Source of the DNA: Negaprion brevirostris
Lineage: Eukaryota
Reading direction: 5' to 3'
DNA length: 64,000 nucleotides
Assembly (NCBI GenBank): GCA_030324005.1
Contig: JARDVH010000193.1
Span: 25,510,816-25,574,815, forward strand
This document shows, piece after piece, positions 38,641 through 51,489 of this stretch (the first letter of the stretch is position 1; the number at the start of each line of letters is the position of its first letter). The notes beneath the pieces were generated by a model. The model saw only the letters and a list, made by a program, of their open reading frames with translations, made no database searches and was not told the DNA's origin. Made by a program: the position numbers and the translations under genes.

Positions 38641-40220
38641 GTTAAAAAGGTACATTTTAAAGAGGAGCTTTAAACAATTAAAATGACAATAATTTAGGAA
38701 GGAAATTCTAAAGCATGGAGCCTAGACGGTTGAAGGCATACCTATTAACAGGTGAGCAAAGAGAGGGAAATGCACAAGTCAGAGGAATTGAGTTTTGACA
38801 GAGCAGTAAGGCTGGAGGAGATTAGAAGACAAGGCTATGAGCCATTCAAACACGAAGAAGAGAATTTTAAATGTAACATGTCAGAGAACTGGAAGCCAAA
38901 GTATGTCAGCAAAGACAGGAGTGATACGAGAGGGATTGGTACAAGATGATATATATAGGCAGCAGAAAGATGAGTTAACGATTACAAAGGATAGAGAATT
39001 TGAAACCTGCCAGGACAGCAGTAGAATAGTTGTCTCTAGCGTGTGACACATTGTGTGGTCAGGAAGAAAAATTTTGGATAGTCTCAATTTTTAGCAACAA
39101 AGATGTACATGAGCTCTGCACACATGTTCTTAGAAGTGATGGTGGAGGGGGTGGGGCGAAGCACAAGGAGACAGTTGGTGGGACATAAAGTTGTTTCGGC
39201 AGAGTAGAGGGGGGGTCTGGTGCTGCTTGTTGTGGTTCAGCCAGATTTGGTGATGCATGCTAAATGCTCAAGTCTATGCCAGTTGAACTTGTGGTGGTGG
39301 AAGAGGGGATGTGGGGCAGGAACAGAGCTCGGTCTGTTAGACTGGAACCAAATGTGAATGGGAGAACTGTGGCTGAACAAAGAGTTCCTTCTAAACAGGA
39401 ATGGTACAGACACGGTCAGGGTATCTTTGTTTGCCATTTGCCTATGTACCATCACCCCTTTAAATAATGTTTCCCAACTAGGCCATTCAGCCCATCGACC
39501 TCTCATTCTCCTAAACTCCAATGAGTACAGGCCCAATCTACTCAACCTTTCCTCATAAGAAAATCCCTCCATAGCCGGGATCAACCGAGTGAACCTTCCC
39601 TCGACTGCTGGGCCCTGGACAATCTTAACAAGATTTCTCTACTTTCTCCNNNNNNNNNNNNNNNNNNNNNNNNNNNNNNNNNNNNNNNNNNNNNNNNNNN
39701 NNNNNNNNNNNNNNNNNNNNNNNNNNNNNNNNNNNNNNNNNNNNNNNNNTCTTATTGAATGGCGGGGCAGGCTCGAAGGGCTAGATGGCCTACTCCTGCT
39801 CCTATTTCTTATGTTCTTATGTTATGAAAGTGCCTGGTGCAGAAAAAGCAGTCAAAAGTGGGTACAGTGAAGCAGTTGACGAAGGAAACAAGAAAGTGGT
39901 GATAAATAGTCATAGCTGCAATTGAAGCTATGGGTGAACAGAGGCTACAGAAGCAAGGCAACAGAAATAATTACTGTAAATATTGATACAAGTGTTAATG
40001 TGGAAAATGAGGTTCACAAAATGAGCAGAGTGTGAAATCAGAAGGCAGGACAAAGTGAATTGGAACTGAGATTGAGATCACTGAGGGTTAGGAGGTTTCC
40101 AATGCAGAAGCAGAGGGAGGGGAGCAATGAGGAACATGACTTAGAAAAGGCAACAGAGATTGAAGATTTTAAAAAAGGTGAAGAAATGGGTGGAACATTT
40201 GTAAGATGTTTGAAGAAATT
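38640..40220 (-). mobile_element. Decayed L2-like sequence interrupted by young CR1 pieces (39480-39825)
   Basis: MIPAMEGFSYEERLSRLGLYSLEFRRMRG on the minus strand, and a CR1 3' tail on the plus strand after the gap. Confidence 0.6.
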
Positions 40221-42839
40221 GCCAAATAATTAGGAGAGTACCTCCAATTTCCAAGTCAGTGATCATATGCATCATGTATTTTGTGAAGCTAATCGATGAT
40301 ATCTACAAGTACCACTTGCATTATACTCACCAGTGAAGTTGCAAATGAGATCCGAAAAGCAGATTATGCAATCTTTAAATTGATTTTTACGACCCAAAAG
40401 TCCATTCCATCAAATGATTTGCCAATATTATGTTCCCAAAAAGACTGATTGGGCAGAGTGCAATTCACGACACTAAGAATGTTCAGTTTCAGTCAAGCCA
40501 TTTGGCAAGACACTGACTAAGAAGTCCCTCCACAAAAAGAAAATCATTTTCAATTTGCCAGGCAAGTCATATCATGAGTTTCTCATGCATTTCTTTTAAA
40601 AGGTAAAATTAGACTTAGATGGAAGAATAGCATGTGGAATGAGGAGTTAATTTTAATAAACACGTTAATTCCCTTTGTGCATCCAGACACTGCATCACTG
40701 CCCGACTTGTTATAGCATAATCAGATCAATGCTGATGGAAACAATTAGGTAGCACAAGTTGTTTTAGCATCAAGATCCAATATGCAGCATTAAGATGGAA
40801 TTTCAACCGCACACAGCTGAATTTCAATACTGGTTGTGGGTAGAGAAACAACAAGCCGTTTTCCCACTTGCACCTATGGTCTATTCAAAAGAGCAATAGC
40901 AGAAGCCCAAGATGAGATTACAGTTCTACCATTTCAGCTACAGTTGTTGAAGGGATCAGGGAAAAATAGTCAAAGGTGTGTACCATCGCCAGGACAGACT
41001 TGCCAAATCCAATCTTCACCCTCTGCCTGCATTGTGATTTTCTTTTAAATGTAACAAATTATTTCCATCAGAAAATGCCAATGAATGTTCTTTGATTTTG
41101 TTAACTTTGGATATACCAAGAGTAAATGAGCTTGCTTTCACACAATACAGCTGCAAATGGCTGCTTTAGGAATAGGTGCCAAGTTTTCTTTTCTCAGACA
41201 AAGAAAAAAGAGAAAAATGGAGAGGAAGTTCTTCCTGCTGTATCAGATTGAGAGGTTTAGGTACAGATCTCTTTCTGTGCTAAACTGCAGAACAGGTGTG
41301 GAGAACAGCAGTAAAATCTCTTGACTTCCTCCTTGCAATTCGAAGAGCTTTAATTTTAATCAATAGTTAAAACCAGGGTGTAGGTCAAAACGTGAAATGC
41401 AAAAATTAAAGCAGACTTACTGCAATACATTTGATTAATCACAATTTTGAAAATTGGAATTTTTCACAATGATGGATGTAAATTAAGCCTATTGTATTCC
41501 TCCATAAGTAGCAGCCCTTAAATTTAATAGAGTCAATGGTTATCACTTTTCCATTAACTTACTGGCCTGTGTAAAAACATTAATAGGGAAAGTCCTGTAG
41601 TCATAGAATGGACAGATAGATGCAGACAATAATTGCTCGTTCATTCAGTTCTAGTGTTATCTGGACACAATACAAAATGCTGAAGCTCTACACATTTTGT
41701 AAGGTCCTAAATATTATATTAAATATTGTATAACTGTTAAGAAATTGTATTTAAAATTGTTTAATTTCATATTGTAGCTCCCTTAATTTGTGCAAAATAA
41801 ACAGTCTAATAAGTTAGCAATCATTTATTTTCCATGAAAAAAGTTCAGTTTATTAGAAAGTTAGGGCTGTGCATAAAAAGGGTGTTGTGTAGATAAGACA
41901 TAAAAAACAAACATACTGAGCATTCATGATCTGCCACTGTTTCAAATAATATTTTACAAATAGACACAACTGTGAAGCTTTTTTGTAAAGAGGTTCAATT
42001 CCAATTTATGCCATTTTAAATTAGGATGAAATTTGATGTCTAAACTATAAAAATTCAGCATTAATTCAACTTTGTATTTAGGAAAATGTAACTAAACAAG
42101 ATGTATTATCTCTTGAATGTGAAATATGCCATCATGTTATGAAATACTTTAAGACAATCTCCGGAGCTCTCAACTTAAGACATCAATACATCATATGACT
42201 CACTTAACAGCTAACACCAGGTGCATTCAATTTACTTGTACCTTCAGAGACTTCCAGATAATTTTAATATTACACTGGTGTGTATCATTGATAATGAGTA
42301 GAACTGCTGTTAGGTATTGGATTGGCAAAGTCTATCTCTAATTAGTAACTGTCCATATCATGATAAGGTAAACTCAGTTTGACCTTTCCATCATGTATCT
42401 ATAGCAACCCAGCCATTCAGTTTATTTTTAAACTGATGAAATAGCAAATAGTAAAAGATCCTCAATTAGATATGGGTGATTAATTAACACATTTTGATTG
42501 GAATAAACATTTCTTCTGAGGACTGTACGAGTCATGCGTTCGAGGGCTATTGTTGAAAGGAAGCCTGAAAAAAGCCAGTGATTAAGATGCAGAGTAGCTT
42601 AGTTTCAAATACCTAGTCCTTCTGCCAAGTCCATATCCTATCTAATGAGGGTGTAGTTACTTAACATTCATCACCAGTGAACTCTGTAACTTTATCAGCT
42701 TACAAGCATGGCGCCATTGCAAGGCCAGGCCATTTTCAGTTCTCAGATAGTACAGATAAAAGTGTGATAGATTACAATAGATTGTTTCACTTGAGAATAT
42801 GTGGCTCCCAGAACACACAATATAGTTCCCATCAGTTAG

Positions 42840-43200
42840 CTGGGGGAGGAAAATGAATGAAAAAGACAATAAGAGGAATAGGATAAGAAACAAATTCTAC
42901 ATAAACAAGAATAATTAAGAAAGGGGAGATTGAATTACAAAGAAGAATTAAACAAGAAATTAAATTTAAAATAACAGAGTGAAGGAGAAGGGAGAGAGGG
43001 ATATCCATTGTACAGCAGGAAAGGAAAAGACTGTAAAGCGAGTGGGAAAGGAGCAGAGGGAAAGGAAAAAAATAGCAGGGTGAATGCAAATTATCAAGGA
43101 ACAGGGAGAAGTGGGCCAAAGAATCAACAGTAACATAAAAGGAAGAATTAGTTGTAGTACAATGGAAGTTTGCCATAAATTTATCCTTGAACTCAATCTT
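42840..43200. repeat. Purine-rich low-complexity tract
   Basis: Strong A/G bias on the plus strand. Confidence 0.6.
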
Positions 43201-44157
43201 AATAAAATGCAACAAATATGAAATAGAAATTGAGTTAATTTAACAATAGGATTATAGTGCTAAGTGTTAATCCTTATTTTAATTTGCACAAGAACATTTC
43301 AGAATAGGTTGTTTATTTATTGAATCTATTTTATCCTTTTTGAGAGAAGCATTTTCTTTCGTGTCAACTAAGCTAAGCAAATCATTCAACAAATATCCAA
43401 CAGCATGACATACAATTCAGGAACAGTTTGTAATTTGATATATTTTAGAACACCTGCTGCATACTCATCAGACACATTTCTTGGAAAAATCATAAATTAC
43501 CAGGAAATCAGAAAGGATGACAGTTGGCTCCATCAAGTGAAAGGAGAGTTGGATCTCTAAAGTTGAAGGCTGAGGTTGGCCAGAACTATCACTAGCAGCC
43601 ATTCACATTTTATTCTAAAGTTGTTGCTTCAAAGACAATGGGAGAAACCATCTCTTCAGGCTATGGCTTAAAAAAAGTACTACTGTTTGCTGTGGTCATG
43701 GTGCAAGACACATGCAGTATTAGATGCCTGTGAAATCCTAAACACAGCCTTGTACTTGGTCATATTTTTGTCCTTAGATTTACACCAGATTTCTCGTACA
43801 ATTTGTAAGGCACTGATCATTCTCCAATATCTCACCCATGTGACTACTCACATGCGAACTATGGCCTTGAACACACTTGTGCCTTGCCCTGTCCTCACTA
43901 TACGTCAAAAGTACAGGATGTGTGGTAGAGTTCATGATTCACATTCATTGATTAGCCATTGCAATACCAAGGAAACTCACTGTTGTCAGCATGAACATTT
44001 TCCAGTTCTGTTCTACACTAAAATATTTGTTTGAATAATCACTTAAAATGGAATACCCACCATAATGTTTGTGCAAAATTCCAAAGAAAATGGTTAACAA
44101 CAACTAATTCAGAATGGACAATATATCGAAGCAAGGATTTTCTAGTTTTTATTGTCT

Positions 44158-44570
44158 GGATAGACTGGGACTTCTCTGTTTTGAGCGTCGGAGGCTTAGG
44201 GGTGATCTTATAGAGGTCTATAAAATAATGAGGGGCATAGACAAGGTAAATAGTCAATATCTCTTCCCAAAGGTAGGGGAGTCTAAAACAAGAGGGCATA
44301 GGTTTAATGTGAAAGGGGAGAGATACAAAAATGTCTNNNNNNNNNNNNNNNNNNNNNNNNNNNNNNNNNNNNNNNNNNNNNNNNNNNGTAGTAGAGGTGA
44401 GTAAATTTTGTCTTTTAAAAATCATTTAGATAATTACATGGATAAGGTGAGTATAGAGGGATATGGGCCAAATGCAGGCAATTGTGATTAGCTTAGGGAT
44501 TTAAAAAAAAAGGCAGCATGGACAAGTTGGGCCGAAGGGCCTGTTTCCATCCTGTAAACCTCTATGACTC
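44158..44570 (+). mobile_element. 5'-truncated CR1/HER1-like LINE
   Basis: LDRLGLLCFERRRLRGDLIEVYKIMRGIDKVNSQYLFPKVGESKTRGHRF followed by the 3' tail. Confidence 0.9.
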
Positions 44571-45111
44571 AGTCACTGTCTCTACCAGCTACATCATAAT
44601 TTGGTATTAACAGTTCATAATTATAGCATAAATGTTTGTTTTTAAAAATCTCAACTAAGTTTCTGGAAGGTGCACAGAATACTATTCATCTTTCCAACTT
44701 ATCAACAACTTCATGTACAGGCAACATAGATGACGAGTGAAATGAAAGATTTCAGCTGTGCAGAACAGAGTGCCCTAGAGAACTGAAGAGTAAGGTTATA
44801 GCCCACGAGTCTTCTGCCCTCCATTCTAACACAATATGAGTAAAATAGTGGACATCAACATGGCAGCCCATTCCAGTCATGAACTTGACGTGCCACTGAT
44901 CTTGGGTCACATTCAAATCACAGACAAATGGTGTAACTGGGACTCTGATGGAAGTTCGTCAGTGTTAACAGTCTTTGTTATTCCTTTCACCACCCCTTAC
45001 GTTCTGCACAAAAAGCACAGTCCAACCAGTGATATCCTTACAATGCCTTATATTAAACTTCCAAATACAAAAATGTGATGAGCTTGTTTACAAAGAAAGG
45101 GCAGAAATAAA

Positions 45112-46309
45112 GGGCCTGATTTTACCACTGCGGATGCGAAAACATGCTAAAGTCGGGCGTGAGACCATTAACTTGATCCGTGCCCGTGCAGATGGCCACT
45201 TTACTGAGGCCTGGGAATGGCTGCGATCTGATTCACAGCCGAAATGGCGATTTAAATTGAATTAACGAACTACCCGCCCAACTTTATCAGCATTTCCTCC
45301 TTTACCACTGCGTTCGCCAATCCAGAATCAGGCTGAAATGGACATGCTAAATAAAAGTCTGTTTTGGGCACTCCAGCTGCTGAAGAGGTGAGTTCAGAGC
45401 TTCCAACGGCTCTCTGACTCAGAATGGTGATGGTGATGGTGTGGGGCCCTGATCATTCTCTGGATGGGGCGGGGTGGGGGCAAAAATAGAATTTTTTTAG
45501 AATCATAGAATCCCACAGTGCAGAAAAAGGCCATTCTGTCCATCGAGTCTGCACCTACCACGATCCCATCTTGGCCCTATCCCCCTATCCCTACATGTTT
45601 ACCCATTAATCCCTCTAACGTATGCATCCCAGGACACTAAGGAGCAATTTAGAATGGACAATCAACCTAACCCGCATATCTTTGGACTGTGGGGAGAAAC
45701 CGGAGCACCCAGAGGAAAGCCACGCAGACACAGGGAGAACATGCAAACTCCACACAGACAGTGGCCTGAGCCGGGATTCGAAATCAAGTCCCTGGAGCTG
45801 TGAAGCAGCAGTGCTAACCACTGTGCTACCGTGCCACCCAAAGAAGGAGCGAGGCCACATCGTTCTCTGGTTTGGGGGGTGAAGGGGGAGAGGGAGGTAG
45901 GTGAGATGACTCTCTGGTGGGGGGGCACGGGGGGGGGGGGGGNNNNNNNNNNNNNNNNNNNNNNNNNNNNNNNNNNNNNNNNNNNNNNNNNNNNNNNNNN
46001 NNNNNNNNNNNNNNNNNNNNNNNNNNNNNNNNNNNNNNNNNNNNNNNNNNNNNNNNNNNNNNNNNNNNNNNNNNNNNNNNNNNNNNNNNNNNNNNNNNNN
46101 NNNNNNNNNNNNNNNNNNNNNNNNNNNNNNNNNNNNNNNNNNNCATGCACAGTTCAGAGCTCCGATCGTTTCAGGCCCACAGTGCGATTCAGATACTCGA
46201 TTTTCTTTTCAGGCTAACTGCTAATACGGACCCCTGAAAGCTGATTTCCAAGTCAGATCTGAATTGCGCCCAGATTCAGCACTTCGAATGAAAATGGTAA
46301 ATCTGGCCC
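45112..46309. mobile_element. Non-autonomous PIF/Harbinger-type DNA transposon
   Basis: TIRs GGGCCTGATTTTACCA (left) and reverse-complement GGGCCAGATTTACCA (right), 3-bp AAA on both flanks, CpG-retaining interior. Confidence 0.7.
45497..45839 (-). mobile_element. Full-length HE1/V-SINE-like SINE (CR1-type tail A) nested in the DNA transposon
   Basis: GGGTGGCACGGTAGCACAGTGGTTAGCACTGCTGC head; tail ends in (ATTCTATG)n-like repeats. Confidence 0.9.
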
Positions 46310-46639
46310 AAAATTTATGATAACCAAGTGCTCAACTCATCATGCATTATTTCACAGTTCCGCATTCTACTCCCCTTCTGAGGTACTCGGCCACTCGTTT
46401 CAGCAAAGCTGGTGCTGTTGTTCTTGAGAATTTTTACATTTACTGTGACCAGCTGCTGCTCAACTCTGACAGGGTCTAGCTACAGATTGCTGAACTTTAG
46501 CCGCCGTCGGTCTGCTCAAGCTGAACTAATTTTCTGGAACCATGCTAGGTGCTACTTAAGATGTTGGCAAGGAACAAGCGTGACGACATATGCCGCTCCT
46601 GCTGTGCCCACAATCATTGTGCCACTCCCAGTCCTATCA

Positions 46640-48805
46640 GGCTTATCATTGTTATGATGTGGAGGACCACGTGCCTCCTTGACAGGCAAGGGTAGCCTCA
46701 AGGGTGAGTTTGTTGAATGTATTAGTGATTGTTTCTTGGAGCAATATGTTATGTAACTAACCAGACAGCAGGCTATTCTGGATTTGGTATTCTGTAATGA
46801 GCAGGGATTAATTAATGACCTCATAGTTAAGGATCCTCTAGGGAAGAGTGATCATAGCATGAAAAAAATTCAAAAGTGAGAAATTGGAGTCCCACACTCA
46901 CATTCTGGAGTTAAACAAAGGTAATTACTTAGTTACGAGGAGAGACTTGGCCCTAGTGGACTGGGCAGGAAGGCTAAAAGGTAGGACAGTTGATGAGCAG
47001 TGGCAGTTGTTTAAGGTGATATTCAGTTTCTCCCAGCTAAAATATATTCAAGCATAAAGATTGTAAGAGCAGGAAAAAAATCCATGGCTAAGCAAGGAAG
47101 TTAAAGACAGCATAAAGACAAAGACCAGAGGCAGACTGGAAGATTAGGAGACATTTAAAGATCAACAAAGGGTTTCTAAAAAAGTAATAAAAAGAGCATC
47201 AGTAAAATATGAAAGAAAACTAGCACAAAATATAAAAAAAGATAGCAAAAGCTTCTGTAAGTAGATAAAAGGGAAGAGAATAGATAAAGCGAATGTTGTT
47301 CCCTAGAGGATGAGACTGGGGCATTAATAACTAATACAGCAATGGCAGGGTTGCTAAATCAATATTTTGCCTCAGTTTTCACAATGAAGGACACTAGTAT
47401 CATCCCAATAATAACAGATAATGCAGAGATAATAGAAAGGAAGGAAGTTGGAACAATCACCATGAATAGGGAAATATTACTCAACAAACTACTGGGATTG
47501 AAGGCAGACAAGCCCCAAGATCCTGATGGCCTACATCCTCAGGTCTTAAAGGAAGTACCAGCAGAGGTAGTGGATCGACTAGTCATTATATTTCATAATT
47601 TCCTGAATGCAGTAAGGTGCCAGTGAATTGGAAAAATGTTACATTAATGTCCTTAATTTAAAAAGGGAGCCAGAAACTAGGAAACTATAGACCAGTTAGT
47701 TTAACACCTGCTATCAGAATCCATTATTTAGGAAGTAATAACAGCACATTTGGAAAGTCAAAATGCAATCCATCCAAGTTAGCATGGTTTTATGAAGGTT
47801 GAAATCGTGTTTGACTAGATTGCTAGAGTTCTTGGAAGAATCACCAAGCAAAGTGAATAATGGGGGTCCTGTAGCTGCAGTACATCTTCACTTCAGGAAG
47901 GCTTTTGATAAGATACCACACAGAAGTTAACACACAAGGTAAGGTCACGAGGTTAGGGGCAATATATTAGATTGGACAGACGACTGACCAACCAACAGAA
48001 AGCAGAGAGCTGGGATAAATGAGTCTTTTACTGTTTGGCGAGACTTAACCAGTGGAGAGCCACAGGGTTCGGTTCTTGGGCCCCAACCATTTACAATCTA
48101 TGTTAATGACTCGGACAGGAATAGAAGGTACTATAGCCAAGTTTGCTGATGACACTAAAATAGGTGACATAGTAAGCTGCAATAAAGAAATAAGCAATTT
48201 ACAAATGGACATGGATAGGTTAGGAGAGTGCGCCAAAATTTGGCAGGTGGAAAATATGTGAAAGGTTATTCATTTTGGTTGAAAAAACAGAATGGCAACT
48301 TATCCAAATGGACAGAAACTTCAGGGTGCTTCAGTGCAGAGAGATCTGATTATCCTCGTGCATGAATTGTAGAAAACTAGTATGCAAATACAGCTGATAA
48401 TAAGGAAGGCACATGGAATTTTGGCACTTATTTTGCCTAAAGAAATAAAATATAAAAACAGGGAAGGGTGAACGGATAGAGGATGTTTCCTCTTGTGAGG
48501 CAATCTAGAACAAGAGGTCACAGTTTTAGGATAAGGGGTAGCAGTTTTAAAATGGAGATTAGGAGAAATTACTTCTCCCAAAGGGTAACGAATCTGTGGA
48601 ATTCACTGCCCCAGAGTATGGTAGATGCCAGGACTGAGTAAATTTGAGGAGATAGATAAATTGTAATTGAAGGATTACAGAGAATGAGCAGGAAAGTGGA
48701 ACTGAAGTCAAGACAAGATCAGCCATGATTGTACTGAATGGTGGAGCAGGCTTGGGGGGCTGAATGGCCTACTTGTGCTCCCAGTTCTTCTTGTATTCTA
48801 TTCAA
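46640..48805 (+). mobile_element. CR1 LINE ORF2 pseudogene (endonuclease end, RT, 3' UTR)
   Basis: LLGLKADKPQDPDGLHPQVLKEV, IAKFADDTKIG (RT catalytic motif) and 3' tail, with many stops and frameshifts. Confidence 0.92.
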
Positions 48806-49033
48806 TACCTTCTCCGTGCTACATTTGCTCCAGCGGTGCACCATATTGGGCACGAATTTTTGAAAAGTATTCAATCCCGAACACTGACACATCTTACATT
48901 GACCCAAAAAACTTGCATGCCCCCCAAATAATTTATTTTGGGATCCTAATTCTTATATAACAAAGTTTTATTTCTTGAGGTAAGATGCTGGTAAGCAAAC
49001 AAATCCATTGGATTCTGTGTACTAATACCAATA

Positions 49034-49285
49034 AAAAGTCTGACAACACCAGGTTTTAGTCCAACCGATTTATTTGATAGTAAACTCACAAGCTTTTGAG
49101 GGGACTCCNNNNNNNNNNNNNNNNNNNNNNNNNNNNNNNNNNNNNNNNNNNNNNNNNNNNNNNNNNNNNNNNNNNNNNNNNNNNNNNNNNNNNNNNNNNN
49201 NNNNNNNNTGGACTAAAACCTGGTGTTGTCAGACTTTTTACTGTGTTTACCCCAGTCCAACGCCGGCACATCCACATCATGACTC
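49034..49285. mobile_element. Penelope-derived inverted-repeat element with a 12-bp TSD
   Basis: AAAAAGTCTGACAACACCAGGTTTTAGTCCA is mirrored after the gap. CTAATACCAATA occurs at 49022-49033 and 49286-49297. Confidence 0.8.
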
Positions 49286-49364
49286 CTAATACCAATAGCT
49301 GGGCATCCCAACACATTGTGTCCTTCAACGTAATTAAGTAAGTATCCTGCTTTCACAGTTAAAA

Positions 49365-49505
49365 TTTCAAAATCAGATAGATTTTTGTTTTTTTAAAGGT
49401 GTTAAGGAATATGGAACAAATGTAGGTCAATGGAGTTGATCATATCACTCATGATCTAACTGAATGGTGGAACAGGCTCAAGGACCTACATGACCTCCTC
49501 ATTAC
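49365..49505 (+). mobile_element. Short CR1 3' end
   Basis: TTAAGGAATATGG...CATGATCTAACTGAATGGTGGAACAGGCTCAAGG. Confidence 0.6.
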
Positions 49506-50799
49506 ATTAAGACACAAGCCAAAAAAAGTAGGTCAGCAGCCTACAGCACTACCGAATCAATTTGCTTAGGTGATTAATATGCAGTAGTACGACAAATAAT
49601 AAATGCATTGTTTTCCAACATAACATGACATTTTTATCACTAAATTATAGTGGATGCTGTTCCATTTAACTAAGTATTCACACAATTATTTTTAGTGTGG
49701 AACTAAACTGGAGCAGTCAGTTCTCTCAGTGCCTCATAGTTCCTAAAGAATGTGGATCATGAACTTGACCAAACAACCCAAGCTAATGTAAATCATGGAC
49801 TTCATACTTCTGACTTTATTCATATATTAGCCAATCAATTCACCTGAGGGGTGCTCTCTGGTTAACACAACCTCTGGTCCAATGGCTGACTTTTTATTCA
49901 AAAAAAGGATCTACGATGACACTAACAAAATAGTAAACTAAAAACTAAGCTTTACTATGTGATACTACTAAATAATGATTTGATGGCAATAGCTCCCAAA
50001 AAACATTCATGATACTGTCAAGTATTTTTCTCTTCACTGGTAGCTTTTATGCATACAATGACAGTGACTTAATTTTCATCGTTGTCATTTTTGTTCAATA
50101 GTCAAAACCTGATAACATCTCACCAGTTAATTTCAAATCACTTTTAAAATCACAAACATGCACGTCCAATTTTGGTCTGCCCACCTGGTGAACAGGAGAG
50201 CAAAACTGATAACATCAGCTCCATCTAGTTTAATGCTTTATTTTTTAAGCCATTCCCAAAGGGAAAAAGAAAACCAAAAAACACAAAGGAGGGCTGCTTT
50301 TTTGTACCAGTGTCAACTCCATGGAAAGCAGGCAGCAGATACAGATGGAGTAACCAGTTGGAATGGGGTTAAAGAAGCAGTGCACTGCATTGCTTAGCAT
50401 GAAGGAGGAACATCCAGTCAGTCAGTCATGAGGCTAGAAATACAAATGGCTGCACCATAAATTTGAGCGGCACTACCTGTAAGCAGGCAGACTGTTTTTT
50501 GATCCAAGTAATACTACTTAACAAAGGCAGACAGCCACAACACTACAAGGTTTCCCTCAGACAGAAATTCTTTTCCCTCCTCCGCACACAGTCATCAAGA
50601 AGCCGTGCGTAAATTCATTACTTTGCCTAAAGAAATATGGACAGACTAGCAAATGCCCAGATCATGGTCATTCTGAAGGCTGCCAAACTTTCAAATTCTC
50701 TTTTTTTCAGCTGTGACTCAATTAGCACTTTCAGTCCAAAATTAATTATTTTAAAAAAGGCATCAGAAAATGCTATGCTCATTCCCCTGAAGACAGGCA

Positions 50800-51450
50800 G
50801 TCAATCACACCCTATCTTACTGCATGAACATTCACCTTATTTGCGTAGACCTAATTTGAAAAATTTAATTTTATGTAAAAAAAGAGATTACAAAAAAATA
50901 TGTTATCATCAAGCAATGAATAATCCAGGCAGCTTTTTTTTCCCTGGCATTTTGGTGGAGTGTGATAAGGCTAAAAACAACAGGCTGCTCAGTAAAGTGA
51001 AAAAAAGAGAGATAGATAACATTGATATGCACTCCTACACAAAACAGTCCAACCCTTATCTTTGCTTTTTATCACAGTTCTTTTTTTTTACACAACCAGA
51101 CTGGAAGCTCCTTTAATAAAACACCATGAGAGGGAAAAATAGACGTGAAGTTCTAACTCTCCCCCTTTAAAAAAAGGAAACATAATTTATCAAGGTATTA
51201 TCGAGAAATCCAGACACCCTAATCAGCTCCCATGAAGTCAGTATTTCCATTCTTATCTAGTGGAGGAGTGGAAATGGAGAAGTGATTGTCAGAGCTGTGC
51301 AGATTACTGGAGCGGAATGCTAATGGAAGACAAGGCTCGACCATTGGTCGCTTAGTACTTGCTATCAGCACCATTATCAAAGCTTATCAATGCAACCATC
51401 GCTTCATAGTAATGGGGCCAGTTCAACTTTCTGCATTATCATATAGCAAA
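50800..51450. promoter_or_regulatory. Candidate intronic GATA-site enhancer ~3 kb into intron 1
   Basis: 13 WGATAR hexamers counted by eye in ~630 bp of non-repeat sequence. Confidence 0.65.
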
Positions 51451-51489
51451 CCTGCCCAAGAGGCCTACACCAGGAGAATGCTATCCAGC

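Noticed and set aside
50637-51116. 159-aa plus-strand ORF
   Set aside because: No recognisable domain, antisense within an intron, and it overlaps the GATA cluster. Likely chance.
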